Assembly (NCBI GenBank): GCA_003194445.1
Contig: PQXF01000001.1
Coordinates: forward strand, 140,014 to 204,013
Origin: Candidatus Methanogaster sp.
Lineage (GTDB): Archaea; Halobacteriota; Methanosarcinia; Methanosarcinales; Methanogasteraceae
Direction of reading: 5' to 3'
DNA length: 64,000 nt
Shown here in pieces: positions 48,935 to 58,627 of this stretch. The notes beneath the pieces were generated by a model. The model was given only the letters and a program-made list of their open reading frames with translations, was not told the DNA's origin and searched no databases. Every line of letters begins with the position of its first letter. Positions within the stretch are counted from its first letter, which is position 1. A program made the translations under genes and the position numbers.

Positions 48935-49010
48935 AAGTCACCTGATTTAACCACAGAGAGCACAGAGTTTTTAAACCGATCCTCGGTGTCCCTCTGTGGT
49001 TGTATTGCCT
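48935..49010 (-). repeat. Repeat family 3 core, partial inverted copy
   Basis: GATTTAACCACAGAGAGCACAGAG...CCCTCTGTGGTT is the reverse complement of the CTCTGTGCTCTCTGTGGTTTAATC / CACAGAGGG core of 6769-7005. Confidence 0.55.
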
Positions 49011-49120
49011 ACTGATACCATCTATGTCAGTCGCGGTGTTGTGCATCCGACTGAGTATTACATTATATTCGAAATACCCTGCAAGTTTTAGCAGACTCTC
49101 AAGAGGTTGAACAACTCGAA

Positions 49121-50212
49121 TCATAATTCTACCGCGCCAGCTACTGCCTGCAGGATCATGAGCGCGTCGAGCGATGTGACGTTCCCATCGCCGCTAACGT
49201 CCCAGCGCAGGTCGGGCGGGCTGCTGCCGACTGCGATCTGGAGCGCGATCACGACATCAGCGGTAGTGAACACATACGATCCCGGAACCGGTGCAACGAA
49301 TCCAGCCGTGCTTGTAGAATCCAGCAGGTCACTTGTTGCGTTGTATGTGCCTACCACTCCTGCCGCCTGATTGTCCGCAACGATGTCGTACTCAGTGTGA
49401 GTAACGGCAGCATTCTGGTCGATTGTCCAGATCGCGGTAACCGGAAGCGTTCCGCTGGCATCGGTATCAACCGACTCCTGTATACCTGATAGGTCTTCAT
49501 CTGTAACGAGGGCATCTCCATCACTCACCGCCTCATCCTGAATCCAGAGTTTGTAACTGGTGCCTGCGGGAAGACTGTTTCCGGTGACATAGACCGCCTC
49601 ACCCATGACAAACTGATCTTTTGGATTGCAATTCGAATCACAGGAGAATATCCCGATCGGAATGTCGTAGATGTAGGCCGAGCCTGAATTCGTACCAACG
49701 TCATCATCATGATCAGCACCCACGACCACGTAATCGCCTGATATTGCAACGCTGCTGCCGAAGACGTCTTCTGCCGCACCATCGCTTGCAGTAATCTTGG
49801 CCTGCTCTGTCCATGTGGTTCCGTCACGCGTGAAAATATAGGATGAGCCTGACCACGGACCAGTGTCACCATCCCTCCAAGCACCCAAGACCGCACAGTC
49901 GCCTGAGACTGCAACGCTTGCGCCAAAGTGATCGTATGCCGCGCCATCGCTTGCAGTGATCTTGGCCTCTTGTGCCCATGCGGTTCCGTCGCGCTTGAAG
50001 ATGTAGGCTGAGCCTGAATCATTGCCAGCGTCAGCATCCTCATAAGCACCCACGACCACACAGTCGCCTGAGATTGCAACGCTTGCGCCAAAGCGATCGT
50101 ATGCCGCGCCATCGCTTGCAGTGATCTTCACCTCGGCGGCATTGACATTGGCAGCCAGCGCTGCAAACAGCAGCATTGAAAGGACTGCTGACACCAGTAT
50201 CCTTCTTTTCAC
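49121..50212 (-). CDS. Secreted FG-GAP repeat protein with C-terminal dockerin-like module
   Basis: Signal peptide MKRRILVSAVLSMLLFAALAANVNA. Three near-identical about 55-aa FG-GAP units (KITASDGAAYD.FGASVA.SGD..V.GA..D...G..SGS.YIF.RDGT.W). C-terminus DVSGDGNVTSLDALMILQAVAG is a dockerin/EF-hand-like repeat. Confidence 0.75.
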   Translation of the reverse strand: MKRRILVSAVLSMLLFAALAANVNAAEVKITASDGAAYDRFGASVAISGDCVVVGAYEDADAGNDSGSAYIFKRDGTAWAQEAKITASDGAAYDHFGASVAVSGDCAVLGAWRDGDTGPWSGSSYIFTRDGTTWTEQAKITASDGAAEDVFGSSVAISGDYVVVGADHDDDVGTNSGSAYIYDIPIGIFSCDSNCNPKDQFVMGEAVYVTGNSLPAGTSYKLWIQDEAVSDGDALVTDEDLSGIQESVDTDASGTLPVTAIWTIDQNAAVTHTEYDIVADNQAAGVVGTYNATSDLLDSTSTAGFVAPVPGSYVFTTADVVIALQIAVGSSPPDLRWDVSGDGNVTSLDALMILQAVAGAVEL

Positions 50213-50266
50213 GTGTTATTTCCTCCTGTTAGTTGGCGATTTGTCTTGCAATGTAACAGAGTCAGG

Positions 50267-51751
50267 TTAATTATCCGCTATTTGAGTAGAGCCACCCATA
50301 TACGTCTGCACAGCAGCGGTTATCGCCGCAACCTTCCGGTCATCCGAACCTATGGCAGAAGCAAGGGTCGCGCCCTTCACTTTCTCCTGTTCAACCACCA
50401 CGGCAACCTCTGCTGGTATATCGAAGTCATCGATGAAGTGTGTCGTGAGTTCGGCTCTTATGAAGTGCGGGTTTTTAAGTACCGCCTTGTGAAACGGAAT
50501 GTTTGTGGTCACGCCGATGATGATATACTCGTAGAGTGCCCGGCGCATCCGTTCTATGGCTTCAAGCCGGTTTTCGCCCCATGATATCAGTTTGGATACC
50601 ATCGAGTCGTAGTACGGGGAGATCGTGTATCCTGTATAGACGCCGCTGTCCACCCGTATCCCGGGACCTCCCGGCGACCGGTACCGCGTGAGTCTTCCAG
50701 GCGATGGCGCGAAATCGTTCATAGGGTCTTCGGCATTGATCCTGCACTCGATCGCCCATCCGTTGATACCGATATCCTCCTGCCTGCGATCCAGTTCCTC
50801 GCCTGCTGCGATTCTTATCTGTCTTCTTACGATATCAAGCCCGGTCACCTGCTCAGTTATCGGATGCTCCACCTGTAGTCTCGTGTTCATCTCAAGGAAG
50901 TAGAAGTCTCCGTCAGAGTAGATGAACTCCACAGTTCCGGCGTTTGTATAATCAAATGCCTCCGCCGCTCCAATTGCCGTCCTGCCCATCTCTTCCCGAA
51001 GTTCCGGCGTCATAACCGGCGATGGTGACTCTTCGATCAGTTTCTGATGGCGACGCTGTATCGAACACTCTCTCTCATTCAGGTGGATCGTGTTCCCGTG
51101 GGAATCCGCAAGGATCTGGAACTCGATATGTCTTGGCTGGTGCAGGTATTTCTCCATAAAGATAGTAGCATCGCCAAACACTGATTCAGCCACTGCCTGA
51201 GTCGAATCGATGGCACCCTGCAATTCGGAAGCGTCGTTTGCGATCTTCATCCCGATCCCACCACCGCCTGCCGATGCTTTCACGATGACCGGATACCCGA
51301 TCTTCTCCGCATCATCGAGTGTGGACTCGAGATCATCGATTCCGGCAGAGATTCCTGGGATGATTGGAATGCCTGCCTTTTCCATCGCCTTTCTTGCAGC
51401 GATCTTGCTGCCGGACGCTTCCATACATTTGCCGGACGGACCTATGAATACGATTCCCGCCTTCTCGCATTCCCTTGCGAAGACCGAATTTTCGGAGAGA
51501 AAACCATATCCCGGGTGGATCGCCTCTGCGCCGGTCTTCTCCGCGACATCAAGAATCCTGTCTATCATAAGGTAACTCTGGCTTGTCGGCGGAGGTCCGA
51601 TGCAGTGGGCAACGTCAGCGTACTTTGCGAATAACGCGTGTTTGTCCGCCTCCGAATATACCGCCACAGTCATTATGCCCATCTCGTGACATGCTCTCAT
51701 CGCCCGTATCGCGATCTCGCCCCGGTTCGCAACCAGTATTGTGTTAAACAA
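50267..51751 (-). CDS. pycA: Pyruvate carboxylase subunit A (biotin carboxylase)
   Basis: 494 aa. [23 protein letters not shown]-grasp core and the [14 protein letters not shown] motif. Confidence 0.9.
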   Translation of the reverse strand: MFNTILVANRGEIAIRAMRACHEMGIMTVAVYSEADKHALFAKYADVAHCIGPPPTSQSYLMIDRILDVAEKTGAEAIHPGYGFLSENSVFARECEKAGIVFIGPSGKCMEASGSKIAARKAMEKAGIPIIPGISAGIDDLESTLDDAEKIGYPVIVKASAGGGGIGMKIANDASELQGAIDSTQAVAESVFGDATIFMEKYLHQPRHIEFQILADSHGNTIHLNERECSIQRRHQKLIEESPSPVMTPELREEMGRTAIGAAEAFDYTNAGTVEFIYSDGDFYFLEMNTRLQVEHPITEQVTGLDIVRRQIRIAAGEELDRRQEDIGINGWAIECRINAEDPMNDFAPSPGRLTRYRSPGGPGIRVDSGVYTGYTISPYYDSMVSKLISWGENRLEAIERMRRALYEYIIIGVTTNIPFHKAVLKNPHFIRAELTTHFIDDFDIPAEVAVVVEQEKVKGATLASAIGSDDRKVAAITAAVQTYMGGSTQIADN

Positions 51752-51777
51752 AGTAAAGACCCTCCTGTTACTCCTGT

Positions 51778-53514
51778 TTAGTAGACGGACATGAGATTGT
51801 CCCCTGCACCCACGCTATCGCCTTCAGAGACGAAGATCTCCCTGACGATCCCGCTGTGCTGGGAATGGATGTTGTTCTCCATCTTCATAGCCTCGATCAC
51901 CGCAACGACATCGCCCTCCTCGACTACGTCCCCTTTTGAAACTTTCAGCCCGAGAACCATTCCGTGCATGTTGCTTGCTATCCCGCCTTCTACGGACGCG
52001 GTGGGCGACTTCGCATCGCCGGCATCGTTGGCCACAGTCATCTCACCAGCCCCCGTGGCGAGGACCTCGACAACGAACGGCTCTCCATCGACTACCACCT
52101 TGAATTTGTTAAATATTCCAGTATGCGACTCCACTCCACTGCCACCGGTTGCCGCTGCCGACTTTAACTTCTCTTCCTCTGCCTCGCCCATAAGGAACTT
52201 CGGAGCGATCTGCGGATAGATCGCATAAGTCAAGACATCCTCCTCTTTCCCGATGATGCCGAGTTCCTGTGCTTCTTTTGTCCGCATCTCAAGTTCGGGT
52301 GGGAGCAGGTCGGCAGGTCGGCATGTTATAGCCGCACCATCACCAAGCACTTTTGCAAGCAGCTGCTTGTTGATCGGCGCAGGCGGTCTTCCGTATATGC
52401 CGCTTACATAGTCCCGCACCTCCTTTGGTATGACCTTGTACCGCTCGCCCATTAAGACATTCAGGACCGCCTGAGTGCCCACGATCTGACTGGTCGGCGT
52501 TACAAGCGGCGGATAGCCAAGATCCTCCCGCACCTTCGGCATCTCTTGAAGCACATCGTCATACCGGTCCATCGCGTTCTGTTCCTTAAGCTGCGATACC
52601 AGATTTGATAACATTCCCCCCGGTATCTGGTGGATCAGGACGCTCGTGTCGATCTTCTCGGATACCGGATCGAGGATGCTTCTGTATTTTTCTTTTACCC
52701 CGTCGAAATACTCCTTTATATCGGTCAGGAGAGTAAGGTCAAGACCGGTATCGTACGGTGTTCCATCAAGCCCTGCAACCACAGTCTCTGTCGGCGGCTG
52801 GGATGTGCCGCCTGCAAATGGAGAGAATGCGGTATCCAGTATATCAACCCCTGCCTTGCAGGCAGCCATGTAGCTCATGGGCGCCATCCCGCTGGTGCTG
52901 TGCGAATGCAGGTCAACAGGCAGCCCGACCTCGTCCTTGAGTGTCTTGATAAGGTCGTAAGCGGCGTGCGGCGAGATGAGACCTGCCATATCCTTTATGC
53001 AGATAGAGTCGCAGTCAAGCGATGCCAGTTCTCTTGCATTAGCGACGAACGTCTCTATCGTGTGCACAGGGCTTATTGTGTAGCTGATCGTCCCCTGAAC
53101 GTGCGCACCTGTTTTCTTTGCTGCAGTGATTGCAACCTCCATATTCCTGATGTCGTTTACGGCATCGAAGACCCTGAATATCTCGATTCCGTTTTCTGCT
53201 GATTTTTCAACGAATTTGATTACAATATCATCAGGATAATGCCGGTATCCGACAAGGTTCTGCCCCCGAAGGAGCATTTGAAGCGGGGTCTTCCTGATTT
53301 CATCCGCAAGGCTTCTCAGCCGGTCCCATGGGTCTTCATTCAAGAACCGGATGCAGACATCAAAGGTTGCACCGCCCCAGACCTCGAGCGAGAAGAAGCC
53401 GACGCTGTCCAGTTTCTCTGCGATCGGGAGCATATCCCGAGTCCGCATCCTGGTTGCGATCAGGGACTGGTGCGCATCCCTTAGCGTGGTATCGGTTATT
53501 GCTACTTGCGTCAT
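51778..53514 (-). CDS. pycB: Pyruvate carboxylase subunit B (carboxyltransferase plus biotinyl carrier domain)
   Basis: [13 protein letters not shown] start, HMGL-like TIM barrel and a C-terminal biotinylation motif (IEAMKMEN). Confidence 0.9.
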   Translation of the reverse strand: MTQVAITDTTLRDAHQSLIATRMRTRDMLPIAEKLDSVGFFSLEVWGGATFDVCIRFLNEDPWDRLRSLADEIRKTPLQMLLRGQNLVGYRHYPDDIVIKFVEKSAENGIEIFRVFDAVNDIRNMEVAITAAKKTGAHVQGTISYTISPVHTIETFVANARELASLDCDSICIKDMAGLISPHAAYDLIKTLKDEVGLPVDLHSHSTSGMAPMSYMAACKAGVDILDTAFSPFAGGTSQPPTETVVAGLDGTPYDTGLDLTLLTDIKEYFDGVKEKYRSILDPVSEKIDTSVLIHQIPGGMLSNLVSQLKEQNAMDRYDDVLQEMPKVREDLGYPPLVTPTSQIVGTQAVLNVLMGERYKVIPKEVRDYVSGIYGRPPAPINKQLLAKVLGDGAAITCRPADLLPPELEMRTKEAQELGIIGKEEDVLTYAIYPQIAPKFLMGEAEEEKLKSAAATGGSGVESHTGIFNKFKVVVDGEPFVVEVLATGAGEMTVANDAGDAKSPTASVEGGIASNMHGMVLGLKVSKGDVVEEGDVVAVIEAMKMENNIHSQHSGIVREIFVSEGDSVGAGDNLMSVY

Positions 53515-53678
53515 ATTACTCTTCCTTTCCTTGTCCTATCCCCTATTAAAAATCTTGCTTAGGCAAAAGATGTTAGCTTGATCGGTTGATGTTGAATATC
53601 CTGCCGGACTCCACGGTTCGATAATTCACTACTTCTCGCGAGTATTCCTTGTAGTATCTCACCTATGCGCTATTTTAT

Positions 53679-54083
53679 TCATCTGGGGTATGCAACGGGT
53701 TCCGGTATGTAACCCGGTCCCATATCAGAGATCGATTTCAGTTTTTCTGGCTTACTATCAAATACATTTGACCACCAATCCGGCAGATTTTCAGAATATA
53801 TATCCCTCTTACCGTTCACATATTTAATCTTTAAATTGCGAGTTATGCTATCATTGACTTTCAAAGTTGCTTTTTCCGTATCATCGATCACTATCTCGAC
53901 TAAGTTTTCATCCTTGTAGATGCAGACGGTTTTATCGTCCCTTGATTTTCTGATTTTTGCACCTTTGGTCCAGCCGATGTTACAATCATCTCTAAGGTAT
54001 TCTAAGAGGTTCTCCTCATCATCTAGGTTCTTCTCATCTTCTATAGGAATGTTGTCCCAGCTAAACAAATACTTTTCAGACAT
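53679..54083 (-). CDS. Small soluble protein of unknown function, paralogous to the central domain of the adjacent membrane protein
   Basis: 134 aa, AT-rich. LFSWDNIPIEDEKNL..LLEYLRDD..GWTKGAKIRKSRDDKTVCIYKDENLVEIVI aligns with residues about 110-170 of the 54088..54882 product. Confidence 0.6.
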   Translation of the reverse strand: MSEKYLFSWDNIPIEDEKNLDDEENLLEYLRDDCNIGWTKGAKIRKSRDDKTVCIYKDENLVEIVIDDTEKATLKVNDSITRNLKIKYVNGKRDIYSENLPDWWSNVFDSKPEKLKSISDMGPGYIPEPVAYPR

Positions 54084-54087
54084 ATTT

Positions 54088-54882
54088 TTACCTCCATAGT
54101 ATGGTTTTAATGATCAAACATATAAATGTGATGATGGAAAGGATAAAAAAGCATATAGCAACAGTAAACCACTTCATCGACGTGAGATACTTTTCTGTAT
54201 TGTAGTTATAATCTTCTTGGAGCTGTTGTAAAAAATGCCGGGTTAGTTCTTCTCCGGAACTGTACAAAAAATTATATAATGTATCATCATATACCCTTAA
54301 CTCACCGTTCTCCTCTTCTTCAACGTTTAGTTTGTGGACTCTGTCTTTACCGAATCGGTCTTTACCGAGTATTAGAGCTGCCATCTCCTGGTCATCAGCA
54401 ATTTTTATTTCGACTAAGTTTTCATCCGTATGGATGCAGATGGTTTTACCATCCGTGGATTTGTCGATTTTTGCGCTTTTCATCCAACTAAGATAGAAAT
54501 AATTATCTATAAGGTATTTTAGAAGTTTCTTGTTATCTTTTCCCGGGACGTTGTCCCAGCTAAACCAATGCTTTTTTTCAAAGACTTTCAACTCCCTATA
54601 CTCGGTCGGAAAGAAAATTAAAACAGTTATGCAAAACGCGATGGCCGAGAAAGTAACAAAACCACTCAATAGTACAGTGTCCATGTATGTAAGTTCCCAT
54701 CCTGTTCTATGCAAAAATAATACCAATGCCAAAATAATTGAAATACTGGTTAAAATTATTCCCAGAAACGCTGAATTTCGGTTAGTTAGGCTAAAAATGG
54801 CGTTCTTTCTTCTTTCGAAAACTTCATTCCCTCGGTCGAGGAGAATCTTATACTTGTCTATTTTGTCTTCTTGTAACGCCAT
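54088..54882 (-). CDS. Three-TM membrane protein of unknown function with inserted soluble FSWDN-type domain
   Basis: ATG at 54882 (MALQEDKIDKY..). The track ORF extends to a GTG at 54897. Two N-terminal TM helices, a soluble domain (WFSWDNVPGKDNKKLLKYL...KTICIHTDENLVEIKI), a helical segment and a C-terminal TM. There is a 4-nt gap to the downstream gene. Confidence 0.6.
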   Translation of the reverse strand: MALQEDKIDKYKILLDRGNEVFERRKNAIFSLTNRNSAFLGIILTSISIILALVLFLHRTGWELTYMDTVLLSGFVTFSAIAFCITVLIFFPTEYRELKVFEKKHWFSWDNVPGKDNKKLLKYLIDNYFYLSWMKSAKIDKSTDGKTICIHTDENLVEIKIADDQEMAALILGKDRFGKDRVHKLNVEEEENGELRVYDDTLYNFLYSSGEELTRHFLQQLQEDYNYNTEKYLTSMKWFTVAICFFILSIITFICLIIKTILWR

Positions 54883-54908
54883 CTTCCCACCCCGCACCGT
54901 ACTAAATC

Positions 54909-55114
54909 ACCGAATGCAGACATCAAAGGTTGCGCCACCCCAGACCTCAAGCGAGAAGAAGCCGACGCTGTCCAGTTTCTCTGCGATCGGAGCATATCCC
55001 GGGTCCGCATCCTGGTTGCGATCAGTGACTGGTGTGCATCCATTAGCGTGGTATCGGTTATTGCTACGTGCGTCATTTCACTCTTCCTTCCTTGACCTAT
55101 TCCTTATTAAAAAT
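54909..55114 (-). pseudogene. Orphan duplicate of the pycB promoter-proximal region and first ~56 codons (frameshifted)
   Basis: Aligns with 53346-53553 at about 93 percent identity with two 1-bp indels. Translation is [29 protein letters not shown], then out of frame. Confidence 0.85.
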
Positions 55115-55377
55115 GGCGATCGTTCAAGTGGGTGTTGCATGAGATTGTTAGGTCACGCGAGTGGCTATGGCGCGTGGACAAATTGGCGCAATCAAAATTA
55201 TAGTGAAAAGACTTCTGATTGTGGCAGCCAAATTCGTGCAATTCGGGGAATTCGCCCGCATTCGTGTTTAAAACCTGCACACACGTTTTCCGAAGCTATC
55301 ATCAGATCCGGCCACACTGCCAAAAGTTGCAAAAAAACAGATGCAAAAAGAAAAAAGGGTGCGTGGGTTACCACGCT

Positions 55378-57045
55378 TCAGTACATGCCTTCCATTCCAG
55401 GTGGCATTCCGCCCATGCCGCCCATATCAGGTGGCATTCCGCCGCCACCTTGTGGCATTGGTTCTCCTCTGGATGCGATAACGTCGTCGATCCGCAGGAT
55501 CATGACAGCTGCCTCTGCAGCAGAACTGATCGCCTGGGTCTTGACACGCAGCGGCTCAACAATGCCTGCTTCCCACATGTCAACGATATCGCCGGTGAAC
55601 ACATTAAGTCCTGCATGGATATCGCCGTCCTTGTGCTGGCTCGTCATCTCGACCAGTTTATCGATCGGATCAAGTCCTGCATTCTCTGCAAGCGTCCTCG
55701 GGATGATCTCGAGCGCATTTGCGAATGCGGTCACTGCCAGCTGCTCTCTGCCGGTCAGGCTGTTTGCATATTCCTGTAGTTTCAGCGAGAGTTCGACCTC
55801 TGGCGATCCGCCGCCTGCCACGAGTTTTCCGTCCTCGATCGTGACGCCTACGACACGCAGAGCGTCTTCAAGCGCACGCTCCAGCCCATCGACCACATGC
55901 TCGGTTCCACCGCGCAGTATCAGCGAGACTGCCATCGGGTTCTTGCAGCCGGTTACGAATACCATGTTCCCGCCGCCGATCTTCTTCTCCTCAACCTGAT
56001 CCGCAGTACCGATATCGTCAGCCTCGATCTCATCGAGATTTGTGATGTTCTTAGCACCTGTTGCTTTTGACAGTTTATCAAGATCGCTCTTCTTGCATCT
56101 TCGAATCGCCATTACGCCGGCTTTTGCAAGGAAATGCTGCGCCATGTCATCGATACCTTTCTGGCAGAAGAGAACGGTTGCACCACTGTCAGTGATCTTT
56201 GTGACCATGTTCTTAAGCATCTTCTCTTCCTGATCCAGGAATGACTGGAGCTGGTCAGGCGAGGTGATCTGGATCTCTGCATCTACTTCAGTACTCTTCA
56301 GTTCGACCGCAGTGCTCAGCAGCAGGATCTTTGCGTTTTCGACCTTCTTTGGCATGTTCGGGTGTACCCGCTCCTTGTCGATGATCATGCCGCTTATCAG
56401 TTCAGAGTCCTCAACAGAGCCGCCAACCTTCTTTTCAACCTTGATATTCTCGATATCAACGGTCATCTTGCCATCGGCCTCCTCTGCAACCGACCGGACC
56501 GAATCAACACAGAGTTTGGAAAGCTTGTCCCTCGCCCCTTCGATCCCCTTTCCGGTCATCGCGGTGTTTGAGATCTTAAGAAGTGCAACCTCGTCACCTG
56601 ACGCGACGTCGGTCGCGATCGATTCGAGTATCTCGTCAGCTTTGAGGGCTGCAAGCCTGTACCCGGATGCGATGATCGTCGGGTGTACGTCCTTGTCAAG
56701 CAGTTCCTCTGACATCTTCAACAGCTCTCCGGTCAGAACCGCAGCGGTCGTTGTGCCGTCCCCTACCTCGTCATCCTGGGTCTTTGAAACCTCTACGACC
56801 ATCTTAGCTGCCGGGTGCTCGATATCCATCTCTTTTAAGATGGTGACACCGTCGTTTGTGATAACGATGTCGCCGAGTCCGTCCACAAGCATCTTGTCCA
56901 TTCCCTTTGGTCCAAGCGTGGTGCGTACCGCAGCGGCTACTGCCTTCGCAGCCATGATGTTCGAGTTCTGTGCATCTCTTCCGCGTGTTCTTTCGCTTCC
57001 TTCACGCAAGATGAATATTGGCTGTCCTCCAAGTTGTCCTGCCAT
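55378..57045 (-). CDS. ths: Thermosome subunit (group II chaperonin)
   Basis: 555 aa. [17 protein letters not shown] and the C-terminal [10 protein letters not shown] tail are present. Confidence 0.95.
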   Translation of the reverse strand: MAGQLGGQPIFILREGSERTRGRDAQNSNIMAAKAVAAAVRTTLGPKGMDKMLVDGLGDIVITNDGVTILKEMDIEHPAAKMVVEVSKTQDDEVGDGTTTAAVLTGELLKMSEELLDKDVHPTIIASGYRLAALKADEILESIATDVASGDEVALLKISNTAMTGKGIEGARDKLSKLCVDSVRSVAEEADGKMTVDIENIKVEKKVGGSVEDSELISGMIIDKERVHPNMPKKVENAKILLLSTAVELKSTEVDAEIQITSPDQLQSFLDQEEKMLKNMVTKITDSGATVLFCQKGIDDMAQHFLAKAGVMAIRRCKKSDLDKLSKATGAKNITNLDEIEADDIGTADQVEEKKIGGGNMVFVTGCKNPMAVSLILRGGTEHVVDGLERALEDALRVVGVTIEDGKLVAGGGSPEVELSLKLQEYANSLTGREQLAVTAFANALEIIPRTLAENAGLDPIDKLVEMTSQHKDGDIHAGLNVFTGDIVDMWEAGIVEPLRVKTQAISSAAEAAVMILRIDDVIASRGEPMPQGGGGMPPDMGGMGGMPPGMEGMY

Positions 57046-57116
57046 TTTTTATCATGCCTCACTTATATTATTAATGACCTCGATGTAATAATCAGGTCAA
57101 CAAAACAGTGATAGTA

Positions 57117-57130
57117 CTTCTATAAAAGGC
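57117..57130 (-). promoter_or_regulatory. Candidate TATA box for the thermosome gene
   Basis: The minus strand reads GCCTTTTATAGAAG about 75-85 nt upstream of the ATG at 57045. TTTATA is a canonical archaeal TATA core. Confidence 0.3.
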
Positions 57131-57237
57131 TTGTGGTGGCGAGTGGGAGTCTTTCTAATTTCATCTGGTCGGTTGAAAAACACGATGTCAATTCTGCAAA
57201 CACTGGTATGATTGGGTGGTGGAATCAGTGAAATCGG

Positions 57238-57297
57238 CGTTAATCTGTGGCTAAAACTTTTATTTGCCATAGATTAACACCGATTACGCAGATTAAC
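57238..57297 (+). repeat. Hairpin repeat family 2 copy
   Basis: GTTAATCTGTGGCTAAAACTTTTATTTGCCATAGATTAACACCGATTACGCAGATTAACGG. Confidence 0.7.
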
Positions 57298-57565
57298 GGT
57301 GTAAACATCTTTTTAGATCGATAGTACCACATTCTGGAAGTTGTGCTTACCTAAGACAATCCGACATTCCAGAAAATAATAAAGAGCCTCGCGAGTGGTT
57401 GTCGGCTTGCCACAAGCGTTTGCACAGGGTTGGCAAATCTCCGAGTTTTTCAGATGTTAGGAACCGACACAGCAGAGACAAGACTCGGATCGACAACCTA
57501 CTGCCTGCCGCTGCCGGAACAATGCAAACATCCGGACAATGCCGGATAACTTCACAGCTGTACCG

Positions 57566-57916
57566 CATATCAAAAATACCTAAAAGAAGACAAGCTCACC
57601 AACAAATTGTTAAGGAGATATGCGAGCGGGAGTGTGGGAAGTGGGGAGTGGGGGTTAGTGTGGTTAAAAAGGTTTTAGAAACCCGCTCGCATAGTATACC
57701 ACTTTACGGGATAGTATATAAACCTTTCTACTCGGCAAATCATATCAAAAATACCTAAAAGAAGACAAGCTCACCAACAAATTGTTAAGGGGATATGCGA
57801 GCGGGAGTGTGGGAAGTGGGGAGTGGGGGTTAGTGTGGTTAAAAAAGGTTTTAGAAACCCGCTCGCATAGTACACCACTGTTATGCGGCGGTATATAAAC
57901 CTTGCGGCTCGGTAGG
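57566..57916 (+). repeat. Tandem duplication (2 x about 175 bp), each unit with a 12-bp-stem hairpin enclosing a G-rich loop
   Basis: Units start at 57566 and 57741 (CATATCAAAAATACCTAAAAGAAGACAAGCTCACC...). TATGCGAGCGGG (57619-57630) pairs with CCCGCTCGCATA (57682-57693) around GGGAGTGTGGGAAGTGGGGAGTGGGGG. Each unit ends with GTATATAAACC. Confidence 0.9.
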
Positions 57917-57994
57917 TTATATGCCTTAATACGGATATATATTTACTTAATACCCATATACAGTCATAATACCCATCCGATCACATAACCAACC

Positions 57995-58627
57995 ATGAAA
58001 GAACTCCACAGGGAAATGATAATCGACATCACCCGGACACTTGGACTGGACACGGTCAGTTTTCCGGATGATGCGGATTTCTCGGCGTCATATACGCGTG
58101 CCTCCGGATACGCGCTCTCCAGTCTGGTGATGAGCAGCCACTCCGGAACGCACATCGATGCGCCACTCCACTTTTTTGAGGGGCGCGAATCGCTTGATGA
58201 GGTGCCGGTCGAGCGATTCTTCCTTGATGCGGACGTGATCGAAATTGAATCGCCCACAGCCGTGACCATATCTGAACTGGACAGTTATCCGTTCAAACCC
58301 GGACAGGCGGTTCTCTTCAAGACGCGGAACAGTGATCTGCCACGCGAACGGTTTCACGAGAACTTCGTTTACATCGAATCCGGCGCCGCGCGATGGCTGA
58401 TTGATAGAGGGGTGTCACTGGTAGGATTCGATTATATATCTGTCGAACGCTACGATGATATGGATTTTCCAGTCCATATAATCCTGCTTGGCGCCGGCGC
58501 GCTGATTCTCGAAGATATCGACCTGCGATCTGTCGAGCCGGGGCGATACCATCTGACCTGCCTCCCGATCAAGACCGTTCATGCGGATGGCGCGCCGTGC
58601 AGAGCGGTTCTGCGGAGGCTGTTATGA
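57995..58627 (+). CDS. Putative cyclase / kynurenine formamidase-like metal hydrolase
   Basis: HSGTHIDAPLHF motif and the overall 210-aa cyclase-family (PF04199-type) layout. Confidence 0.75.
   Translation: MKELHREMIIDITRTLGLDTVSFPDDADFSASYTRASGYALSSLVMSSHSGTHIDAPLHFFEGRESLDEVPVERFFLDADVIEIESPTAVTISELDSYPFKPGQAVLFKTRNSDLPRERFHENFVYIESGAARWLIDRGVSLVGFDYISVERYDDMDFPVHIILLGAGALILEDIDLRSVEPGRYHLTCLPIKTVHADGAPCRAVLRRLL

Noticed and set aside
54530-55999. 489-aa plus-strand ORF, the longest unassigned ORF in the track
   Set aside because: It runs antisense through the cassette membrane-protein gene, the pycB duplicate and the 3' third of the thermosome gene. Its sequence is low-complexity (S/P/A-rich) and it has no start context. 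It is a shadow ORF of well-supported minus-strand genes.
40383-57297. Possibility that the hairpin repeats (family 2) or the 57.6-kb tandem units form a CRISPR array
   Set aside because: Copies are kilobases apart or present as only two 175-bp units. There is no regular repeat-spacer periodicity, no cas genes in the window, and the units are far longer than CRISPR repeats.
57620-57658. 12-codon mini-ORF (MRAGVWEVGSGG) behind an AGGAG box inside each tandem repeat unit
   Set aside because: The SD-to-ATG spacing is only 2 nt, the peptide is encoded by the hairpin stem and G-rich loop, and there is no independent support. An RNA or DNA structural role seems more plausible.
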